From Phoronis australis (Eukaryota > Animalia > Phoronida): a stretch of DNA of 64,000 bases. The notes beneath the pieces were generated by a model that saw nothing but the letters and a program-made list of their open reading frames with translations, made no database searches and was not told the origin of the DNA. The position numbers and the translations under genes were made by a program. This document shows, piece after piece, positions 23,701 to 34,448 of the stretch (the first letter of the stretch is position 1; each line of letters begins with the position of its first letter). The DNA lies in the NCBI GenBank assembly GCA_002633005.1, contig NMRA01000134.1:528615-592614 (forward strand). Direction: 5' to 3'.

Positions 23701-26700
23701 CATCTGTCTCTCACAGAAAACATAGACTTGATTGCCAAGGCCATGTAGTGATGTGTATGATAAAAATGCAACTTGCTTTACCAAGACACTTCACACTGTC
23801 TACCTCGTGGGAAGACAGGATATTGCTACTCAAATGGTTACATCTATGTTAGTTTTTTGGACTTGGTGGATCTTGACACTAGAATGAAACTCACAGTGTT
23901 TTTGCACTGAAATGTCTCCAAATACTATTTCAAACAGGTCTGCATAGACTTCCATTTAAAGGCAGTGAATAAACAAATTGGTTAATGTTTTGTCAATGAG
24001 ACTTTTATTTCCACTCACTGTACTATGGTATTAGATGGTTGGTTAAACCACTACCTGGTGCCACAGTCGCAGTGACGGTATCGGCATTCTGCCAGTGCTG
24101 GTGCAACCAAGGCGTGCTCGGTCAAAATTTTATGGAGAATTTGGACTCCCAGTTTTGGAATCCTGTATAAACCCCTGTCTCTGACATAATGATGTAAAAA
24201 TTGGTTTCATGCAGTGTTGAAGAGGATGGTGCTGCAGAAAATGTTGAAGAACCAGTAGTAGAATATGATGGACAGGAAGTACCAGAGGGCAGCACAGTAC
24301 TGACTGACGAAGATGGTCTACAATACACAATAACGGAGATTGAGACAGGCGACGACAAAATGGGGTGAGTGAGACAGAGATGGCCATAAGCTCAGAATTT
24401 CATAAAAACTTAGGATTGCCAGCTTCTCAGGCTAAAAGACCTCATGGCAATATTAAGGCACATTTTTGTATTTTGTTTTATGGGAATTTCTCTTTGAAAT
24501 TCATGGTTGTTTCAAGTAAAAGTCTTGTCACACTCAATTGTGTTCTCCTGGGATCATTTGAAGAATATTTGGTTTGTTTGGTAAAGTTGGTGTTTAAAAC
24601 TTAAAGTACTTTTAAAAAGTTATTCTTAAGAATGCAGAAGTTGTCTATTTCCTAAAAATTAAATAACCTAGTCAGTCCAAAATTTTGATGCTATCTGGAG
24701 AAAACGTATCATATTGTATTTTCGCAGATTTCTTGTTGCTGTATTAATTTAAAATCCCATTTGCAAACTATTCACGGTTTCCTTGTCTAATCAATGTAAA
24801 AAGTTTAGATGTCACCTATAAGCAAAACTATGTCGTAAATGTCCCAAAGATCAATAGTTTTTTAAACACTTTTGTTTGCATTTTAGGATTTGATGATTAC
24901 ACTTTAATTAGAGGTAATAAATAACGCTAATGAAATCTGAAAGTTATGAATTATAAACTTGATCATTTTGTGACAAAAGTTTGAATGAAGTAGAAGTTTA
25001 ATGGTATTTCATGTTCGTTTAAGTAAGAGTTGATCTGGATTAGTCTTTGTCTTGACTATACAATCAATCAAATTTGATTTGGATTAATCCTCATCTTGAC
25101 TGTACTGTCAGTCAAAGTCGATCTGGATTAATCCTCGTCTTGATTATACAATCAATCAAAGTTGATTTGGATTAATCCTCATCTTGACTGTGCTATCAGT
25201 CAAAGTTGATCTGGAATGGTTCACATTTTGACTATACAATCGGTCGAAGTTGATCTGTATAATGAATGTAATAGTTCTGCGATGCATGCCTGTACAGTAT
25301 TTTATGTACAACTTGATGAATTACATGGACATATGAATTACATGGACATGATTTCAAAACCAGTCGATATATTTTGCACTAAATTTCCACTGTCTGTTGA
25401 ACAAGAAGGGTTTTTGTTAATTTTCGTTCGAAAACGGGTGTGTTATCTTTGTTTCAGTGGTGGCGACGGTCCTGTGGAAACAGTCATAGATGCAGGCTTT
25501 GCACAGAACATCATTGTGCAACACATGGACATCTCTGAACCACTGCAGTCACTTCGGAAACTCCTAGAGAACAGGCTGCAGTGTTCATTGGCTGACCACG
25601 ACTTCTTCCTTCAAGATAGTTTACAGGTGAGCTGGAAGAGTTTCAAGTCATGCCTTTTGACATTCTTTTGCGGATCATTTGCATTGTGAAGTCAACTAGA
25701 GGCTTTTACATTTTATGTTAAAGGAACTGTCTGTGTAATGCCTTTCACTAAAATGGCAAAGTGTGGCAATGTGTTTATTAAGTTACTACAGAAGAATTAT
25801 TGTTTGTTAGCTGACTCCCCCATCATATCATGTAGACAATGTTTCAGTCACTCAGTGTTGTCAACCACCAGTGTTGTGCTAAGTAGTAAGTTTATACAGC
25901 AATTACCTTTTCTTGTATTCAGAACAGTTGATTCATTATCTAACTGTCTCCTCAACAGTTGGATCCTAATCGTAACTTGGTGGAGCAGTGTGTTCAAGGA
26001 GAAGGAATGGTGCAGATCAATGTGGAGGTCATCTCACATCCAGGTGAGCTGGCCGACTGTTGATAAGATTGAAATTACCAGTCTTTATAAATGTGGAGGT
26101 CATCTCTCATCCATGTTAGCTGGGGTCTATTGACAACATTGAGATTATCGGTTGTTATAACTTTTGTTTCTAATTTTTCTTTTCCATATATTATTGAAGT
26201 CAGTAACAGAAATACAGTCATCGTTTGTTTGTTTTTAGAAACAAACACTCGAAATTTACCAACTTAGAGGTACACCAATGTGTTTTCTGTTTTAATCGCC
26301 AGTTAAAAAGAACCATAGAGATATTATCAAACTATATATCAATGAATGTAACAGATATGACTGAATATTGATAGCTCAGTAAATACTCTTAACATTTCAC
26401 TGTCATATCTCCTGTTGGTCTTAATTGTGACTTCAGTACGCTTGAAAAGTTTCCGCTCAAAGTGGGCCTTGAAAATGTGGCACTTTTCAAAAAAAAACAA
26501 CTGTCAGGTCTCATCAAAAATCATCAAGATTCATCAAAATTGTGGTGGAAATCTTTGAGCAAACTAGACATAAACACTGAATCACTTAAAAATTTGCCAA
26601 AATGATTTGCTCCAAGATTTCCCAACTTTTTACGAGAAAATGGGTATCTTTATTTGTGTGTTTGAAGTATTGTTCATATGAAGCTAAATACAAAATTAAC

Positions 26701-29700
26701 TTTAAAATACAGTATCTTGTACTCAAATTAGGTCACATGCTATCTCCCCTTTCTGTTGTAAACAAAAGCAGAGAATGTTTGATGCTGGTTTGTCACTGAG
26801 TGTATTATCTCCCCTTTCTGTTGGACAGGCTCGAAGCCCAAAATTAATATAGTTGACATACTGAAACCTGCGGAGGAGATCGTGGAAGTACCCAGCGAAC
26901 CAGGTAAGTGGTTTGGAGACTGTAAAGGACTTTAGAAAACAAGCAAAATATAACTTGTCCACCATATTGTGTCTTTAAGTTGATCAGATTTTATAGTACA
27001 CCGCACCATAGGCTGTAGAAAAGTTCTTTTTTTGATGCAACATTTTCTAATTATAAAGTTTTGGAAATTGTGATCATTTTCAGAATATGTTTGAAATAGT
27101 GTTGCAAGGATATTGTTACCCTTAAACACGCGTACAACCGGAGGTGGGGGGAGGGGACAGTTTCATTTGGTCACACTGTGACGTGTGCTTGCGTGGTCAG
27201 TATTTGACACATTGACTATGAGAATTTGTTGTTCAATTATTTTGCTTCTTGACATTTAAATTGCATCAGCCAGATATGCTCGCAAGGCATGTGGTGGACA
27301 CACCGGTAAAACTGTTCTTCTCATTGTGACACTTTTTGGCTAGCAGGTAAATCTTGTAGTGTGGACGTTGGCAGTTGTACATCGCAAAACCATTTTGTTG
27401 GTTTTGTTCAATTCGTGAAGAGACTCAAAAATAATAGCATTCAGTGTTGGCCACTTGGCTTGTTTTGCATATGACTAGACATGCTTTGTTTTCGAAGTAA
27501 AGTAAGTTTCTCAACAAAAATAACTTTTCACTGAAGTTCACTTTGCTTTTAGCAGGGTTGTTTGATGTAGCTATTACCAAACAACATTTGTTTAAATTTT
27601 GAGCATTTGCAACAATGTGGTGAGCCTCTGAAAATAGAAATAGGGCAGTTTTAGCAATTCTTTTTGTCCCAAATTTTTACCATAGGACACAATCGATTTA
27701 CGAACACCAGTTATTATTACATTGATTGAATCTTGTTTAATCCAGAGCCTGCACCTACCAAAGTGGTGATTCCAGAGGAGACGGAACACATCACTCGCTG
27801 GATCGTTGACCAGAACTTCCGCAAGGAGCAGGAAAGGTTGAAGATTCCATTTGGTATGTTGTTGTTTCTGCACCCTGGTCATGTGACAGTGTGCTTGATA
27901 TTGTTCGTGATTTGTTGAACGGGGTGCTTCACTAAGTAGCTCAAAGTGGGCGTGAAGTATTGTTGACAGAAAGTTGCATTGTTCTTGTTGCTTAGTATAG
28001 TAAGCGTTGACTATATGTCTGTGTAATGACTATGTGTAATGCCTTATGCTATATTTATGTCTTATACTGCAGCCAGAACTGAACAAGAGTGCAATCAGAT
28101 TGTTTGGTTGGCTGCAGAAGTGTTATTTTGTCAATGTACTGATAGCAACAGGATTGCATTGAGTGTTTAATTACTTTCTAAAACACTGCAATGTGAATTG
28201 TTCTTGAAAATGCAGTTGTTTACTAGTTAGTTTGTCACTTAAAACCTCTCATCAAACCAAAAATACAATCAACACTAGGTCACTTTCCCCTGAGCAATAG
28301 GATCTCGAACATCTAGAAACCTGTCATAAGTTCTCCCGTTGCCCAGTACTATCAAGATTTGACCACTCCAACCTCATTGCCGATTATTTCTCACTTTCAC
28401 TGGAATATTGAGACATGCTATCATGGCATGCCTACTTTGACAGATTTGTTCCACATATTTCTTGATTTTAAAAGGATACCAAACCTGATTTTGGCCTATT
28501 AACAGATATTAAATCGACTTTCCATCCAGTTCTCTAAATGCTCTAATCCTCGACAACCCACAAAAGTTTGGAGGAAAACTTGAAAACTTCATTCTAAATC
28601 TCGTCAGTGCTACCTTCACTTTTAGTGAATTGCATTGGCAGCTGTGGAAAAAAAACACCACCAAAGACCATAATGTCCAATCTGTGACATAGGGAGTACG
28701 AGTTTTTAGTTGATTCCTGTCTTTAACTTGGACGATTGGCGCCAATGATGCATTAGCAGGTGGCATAACAAGGACTGGTGTAAATCTTCAAAATGGGGTT
28801 TAGTATCCTTTCAAGCTATAAATGGATTGTATATAGGGGCTCACAATGGTATTTCCTCCTTAGACCCATCACTATGGAATGAGTCGCACGTGAAACATTG
28901 GATCCAATGGGCGACCAAAGAGTTCTCATTGGTCGGAGTTAACCCAGACAACTTCAACTTTCTTGGCAAGCGCCTTTGTGAGATGCAGTATCCTGAGTTC
29001 TCCAAGCTGATACCTTGTGACCGCGGCGATGTCTTCTGGACACATTTGGAGCTACTTCGCAAGTGTAAATTTGTCGGTGAGAGCGAAACTCCATGAATGA
29101 AGTAGTGTGAAATTGTTAGTAACAATATGGCGGCTGATATGGTTGGGTGTGGGCGAGATTTATTCTTAAATAGTGACTGCTCATTGAACATTCGGAATTT
29201 GAAAGAAGGCTTTGAGCAAGGGTAAAAATATGAAACGATACCTTCACCTACAGTTTGTGACTCTTGCACGTCACTCAGTTGCCATAGGCTACCAGTTGAA
29301 GTCCAGCCACTTTGTACTTCAAATTGGTTTTGAACACATACTTGTACTATCTCGATAATCTCTTGAAGGCTGTAAGTTGACCAATGTAATGGATGGTAAA
29401 GCTTTACTGAATCACTTTCAAAGCACATGCTACATTACCACAAAAATTTGATAGCTGAGATAAACAGGCACAAATAAAATGTACAGTTAAGTTTTCACTT
29501 GGGGGTTGTTTTGGTTTCGATTGCCAAATTTACACCTAACAATCATTTGGTGAACCATGTGAGCATCATGTCAATTTTTTGTAGTCAGAATTAATGTACA
29601 AATGTTTAATTAAACCAACCCTTAATAGTTGAGTTTGCCTAAAAAATGTCTTGTATTTTTGATTCCCTCAATAACCATTGCCTCATGGAGCTGAGCCTGT

Positions 29701-32700
29701 TTTTCTAAATGCAGACATGCAAATTGAGCATTCTAGTACTCCCAGTGTAGTCGCCATTGTCTTTCACAAAATCCTCATCATGTTCTTGAGGACAAACAAA
29801 CATTCTGATTTCAATATCTGTTACAACTGTCGGCCATCATAACCGCCATCATAATTTGTTCTGTGCTGTTGCTGTGAAATGAGATGTCATGAAAAGTCAT
29901 TGTTCAAGTATCACTTTACTTGTGCATATTTGAGTGATTATAATATAAAGTTTTCTGCTTTTAGGGCCATCTGATATGTCAAATATAACTGATATGTCAA
30001 ATATAACCAAAATTCATTCAATGAAGACTATTAAACCTGGAAAATGACATAGATAGTGTCCCTACTTAGAAAATTCATGGAAAGTAGAAAAAAGTGTGTG
30101 ACTACAATTCCCTCTTTTTTCGAGTCCCATCAAATATGCATGTATTCAGTTGGACATCAATTTTCAACAAAACTTTTGGTTCTTCTGAGAAAAATAGTTA
30201 ATAAGAATTAGAATTACATGGCAAAATGAAAATGTAACATATTAAGTGAATTTGAGGAACATGTTCAACATTACACTTAATTATTTGGTGTTTGGTGTAC
30301 ACAGTGTTTCAGTGACCCGCGTCGAGCAACAAAACAAACTTGAAACTAGAATAAATGAAATTTGAAAGGGATATGTTGCCAGTGGAAGAAATACATATAT
30401 AACTGGTCTATTTCAGCAACAATCCAGCCTTCCACACCTGTACCTATCACCACGGTAACAGTATCAACCAGTGGATATCAAGCTGGTAGGTTACAACTTG
30501 TTAAGGAAAGTAATACAAGATTGACTAAAAAGTGCAGGCTATTGTCTGGAGGGGATTTTTCAAGACTCGCGACTTCTATCTTCTGATAAAAAACTGTTGC
30601 TGTGTTGGTGAAGTGTTTTACATTGAATCTTGAGCATCAGGTGTTTTTTAGCACAGATCATACGTACTGTAGTTTTCAGTAAAATCTAGGAAGTCTAGTT
30701 TAAGTTAAGGCCCCGTCATCACACCAAACATATTAGGCGTAACGTCTTACCGTACGGGGGGGGGGGAGGTTGGTTGTTACTCAGATTGTACAGTGCGTAG
30801 TCTGTTCCCACTCAGTTTTTGTCTCCCTGAACTCTATCAGTCATTGTGCACTGTTGTGTTATATTTTGATATATTGTATGGCGTAAATTTTTGTGGGTGG
30901 CCAGTGTTAAGTAAATCAATCAATCTTTTGTCCAGGTTTTGTAGTCATGTTAAGAACTAGTATACATGTGCAGTGCAGCACTGAAATAAGTGGGTTGGAG
31001 CTCTAGACCCCCAGACCCCCTATGGTGTGCCACCCGTGTCACATGGGCACGTTTGTGATTTCAAATTGGTGTTTCTTTTTGAATTGTTTCTTTCTGTTCA
31101 TATTTGCTGAATGATACATGTGTGACAATGTTGAATGTTTTTGTCCTAGGTAAGATCCGAACTCCCCGAATCCTTGGCCAACATGGTACGCCTGGCAACA
31201 GGACAGGTGATAGTTTAACCGTTTAATTTATGTATATATAATTATAAATCCACCTTCGTTGTAAAGACATTAACATAATCACTGAAGGGCAATAGTCATG
31301 TACAGGGCTCAACATATTTTTAGAACCAGTTTGTGGTCTGTTATTCAGTGGTGAAAATTGTTTCTCACAATATGGGATCCCTGTTAGGGCTGTTCCAGTA
31401 AAATCCGTGTGGGAGGGGGGGGACGGCAGTAGAAATAAAAATTCATGGGTGGTTGTCTTCAGAAAAAAACACAAATTATAGGTGGTCGTTCTTGTAAGAA
31501 GTGATCCATTAAAAATGGGTGGTATTTTTTGACCTGTTAATGTTGACAGGTTGGTTACTTCAGCCCTCAAAACTCAAAAAGAAATGCATATATCCTAACT
31601 TANTGATAGTTTAACCGTTTAATTTATGTATATATAATTATAAATCCACCTTCGTTGTAAAGACATTAACATAATCACTGAAGGATGGGCAATAGCCATG
31701 TACAGGGCTCAACATATTTTTAGAACCAGTTTGTGGTCTGTTATTCAGTGGTGAAAATTGTTTCTCACAATATGGGATCCCTGTTAGTGACTACTACCAA
31801 AGAAAGGAATTCATTCATATGTGTGTAAAGTTTGAGTTTGTTTTAGGTTCAAGCAACTCTTTCACTGACATATAAGGTGTTGTTACCCCAACACCTAAGC
31901 GAGCCTAATCCAGACTGTGTCTAATCCATCCGAATCTATTCACAAATGAATGCTCGTGACTTATCCATGATGCCGAAGAAAACCTATGCTTTGATTTTAA
32001 AAATTCATAGACAGCTACTTTTTACTTTTCAATTTAAAAAGTTGTGTTGGTCTTTTGCCTTACTTATTGTTTTGTTTTTTTACTTTGAAACTCGTATGCT
32101 AAACGGGCGCGTTGGTTTACGACCGCAATTATCTCAATGCACGCTTTCTCGTCCACCTGCGTGCAAATCCTGTTACCATAAGATTTCAACTATTATTAAG
32201 ATTTCTTGGTCTATTTACTCCGACCTCTGGTCTATTTACACTGTCACGACGTTTCGGTCAGTCTATTCTCCAGCCATCATCAGGTGTTCCCGCATTCTTA
32301 GAAAAACGAGCATGGATATGTGGTACACTTATGGTGTGATTTTTTTGTCCGAGGCAGAATTTGAACTCACAACTTCTGAAACTACATATAATTTGAGTCC
32401 AGCACCTTAACCACTACACCAAGGAGTCATCCAATTACTTAGAGGGAATTTTATTATACTTAAACCTTCCTAAGTAGACTGAGCCAGGTGTCACTTGGTT
32501 GTTTGCTTGGCTGACTGAAGACATCGCCTTGTACTTTCATGTACATGGCTTCCTTGATCTTTCTCTTGGTCCAACCTGTTTCACTGTCAAGTATTTGGAT
32601 GTTTTTCCACTGGATATTGTGTTGTTTCGACCACATGTGTTCTGCTACTCCTGATGATGTATTACCTTCTCTACAACACCTCTTATGTTCAGCAATTTTT

Positions 32701-34448
32701 GTCTCCAGTGGTCTTAATGTTTCACTGATTTATGATTCACCATTCACGTGGGATTTCGTAGGATGACAGTTTTCTTTTTTTCCCATGTCAGTTCTTGGTT
32801 TGACTTTTGTCAATCGCCGACCCAGTGTGTCTGATCTGCGGTACACTGTTCTTATTTTAAATTTTTACATTCGTGTCCCAGCTTCTGGGTTATTCCGGGT
32901 ATATATTGTAAGCACATAGCCTGCAGTTGGCGTTCTTCTGCCACTTTCTCTTTTCTCTTGGATATTAAATGTCGACCGAAACGTCGTGACTGTGTAAATA
33001 GACAAGAGGTCGGTGTAAATAGACCAAAAGATTTTAATAATAGTAACACGCCACCACCTCCGAGCGGTTTTAGAAAGTCACCGTGAGATTTGTCTAATGG
33101 TCAACTTGCCCTCTCTTTATTGCCCAGGCAATAATGGCCAGATCCAGCTTTGGCAGTTCCTGCTGGATCTGCTGACAGACCGTGATTGTCGGGAGATCAT
33201 CTCGTGGTGCGGCGACAATGGGGAGTTCAAGCTAAACAACCCCGAGATGGTGGCACGGCTGTGGGGGCAGCGTAAGAACAAACCTACGATGAACTATGAG
33301 AAGTTAAGCAGGGCGCTGAGGTATTACTACGACGGTGATATGATCTCCAAGGTAAAGTGATGTTTGTTTCTGACTGTGGGCATGTCTTAAAACTGCATTA
33401 AGTGTCCTTCTGGTTTACTGTCAACTATAAAACAGTATCAAACATCAAAACTAGTCAACTTATCCCTACAAAATGACTTAAGTCTCGTTTCGGTGAGAGA
33501 CCTTCAGTTCTATTGCCAGGAAGAATCGCCAGAGGATTTACAAATTAGAAAACGCTTCGGAATAGTCAGTAGCACCCAACCACTCCAAAGTTTTGACCTT
33601 TCTGAATCCGTTGCAAGACTTAAAAAGGCCTGTCCAGCCTCTCCAAACTTTGACCTTTCTGAATCGGTAGCAATAGGAAATATAATAGCTTTTATATACA
33701 CCGTCTTGGAAATGGTATTTGTAAGCACAGATTTCAGCAAATGAAAGTGTGAGAAATTTCCTTGCCTGTTTTTGGTTAAATCATGAAAGCTGTGATGTCA
33801 CCCAATTTCCCTTCCACCTTTCTTCAAACACTCTGCATCACTAGTTATGTAGTGAAAGTAACCACACACTTTCAGTTTAATGTCGCAGAACATGGATATT
33901 TTTTTATGAAAAATTTTGACAAAACTAAGTAAGAATTTTTTAGGTTATTTCCAGGCAGTTTGTATCTTAAAATTTTATCAATGGTCAATACATAGTGAAG
34001 TTTTGAGCATTTACAACTGTCTGTGTAGTAGGCTTTGAAAGTGGGTAAAGAACAATTTGGCAATCACTTCCCGTTGAATTTAAACAAAAGTTTACTGGGT
34101 CATGCATAATTTAATAAAATGAAGTTCATTAAAAAATTTATTGTTAATTCACAGGTGCACGGCAAACGGTTTGTTTACAAGTATGTGTGCGACCTCAGGT
34201 GCCTTCTGGGATATAGTGCTGCCGAGCTGAACCAGTTGGTCAACGAAAGCGCTGACAAGAAATTGCAGAAGGTACGCGAGACTCTGCGGCCAGGTATCAT
34301 ACGCAAGGTACCAGTTGAGAAGACCCCACAGGCAACATACATGATGGTGGAAAAAGTGGTCACACCGGAGGTATCAAGAACAGAGGTCGTCAACTCTGTG
34401 ACAAGTATACAGATTGCCTCAAGCACAGACGAGATTTCAACATCATAG
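20712..34448 (+). CDS. GABPA: GA-binding protein alpha (ETS factor with OST, PNT and ETS domains), ~583 aa, 12 coding exons
   Basis: Exons 20712-20848, 22497-22667, 24215-24364, 25458-25626, 25959-26043, 26829-26903, 27746-27853, 28864-29076, 30417-30485, 31150-31206, 33128-33351, 34155-34448 total 1752 nt with consistent phases. Domains: OST ([22 protein letters not shown]), PNT ([17 protein letters not shown]...[10 protein letters not shown]) and ETS ([13 protein letters not shown]...[35 protein letters not shown]). Confidence 0.95.
22101..22300 (-). mobile_element. Fragment of an interspersed (Helentron/HINE-like) repeat; inverted near-identical copy at 61403-61602
   Basis: ~200 bp reverse-complement match to 61403-61602 with few mismatches. 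Both copies lie next to assembly gaps. Confidence 0.8.
25027..25257. repeat. Degenerate ~44-bp tandem repeat, ~5 copies
   Basis: Unit like aaagttgatctggattaatcctcatcttgactatacaatcaatc. Confidence 0.8.
31208..31786. repeat. ~180-bp duplication across a single N (31603), with a MITE-like insertion in the first copy
   Basis: 31208-31386 matches 31604-31786. Copy 1 continues TTA|GGGCTGTTCCAGTAAAATCC (Harbinger-like terminus), whereas copy 2 continues ttagtgact. Confidence 0.75.
32243..32288 (-). ncRNA. Minimal type I hammerhead ribozyme motif (degenerate) in the Penelope pLTR
   Basis: Minus strand aacac-CUGAUGA-uggcuggagaauagacugacc-GAAA-cGUC-gugac: conserved core boxes, palindromic ACGU helix III, 3-bp helix I and imperfect helix II. 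Confidence 0.6.
32347..32428 (-). mobile_element. tRNA-derived Pol III head (SINE-like) within the Penelope relic
   Basis: Minus strand gactccttGGTGTAGTGGTTAAggtgctggactc...tgtGAGTTCAAATTctgcctcggac: A box 32421-32411 and B box 32368-32358. No intact cloverleaf. Confidence 0.7.

Larger units (their letters stand above)
32189..33044 (-). mobile_element. 5'-truncated Penelope-like retroelement: decayed GIY-YIG endonuclease, pseudo-LTR and inverted partial pLTR
   Basis: Minus strand ~32917-32460 (frameshifted) reads [11 protein letters not shown]...[64 protein letters not shown], the PLE GIY-YIG C-terminus. 32189-32259 and 32974-33044 are inverted copies, typical of PLE insertions. Confidence 0.85.

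Noticed and set aside
28841-29428. Longest ORF in the track (195 aa, minus strand)
   Set aside because: Antisense shadow of the GABPA PNT exon with no recognisable domain.
32347-32428. Functional tRNA gene
   Set aside because: A and B boxes are present but the acceptor and anticodon stems do not pair well. Treated as a tRNA-derived repeat, as is 55670-55744.
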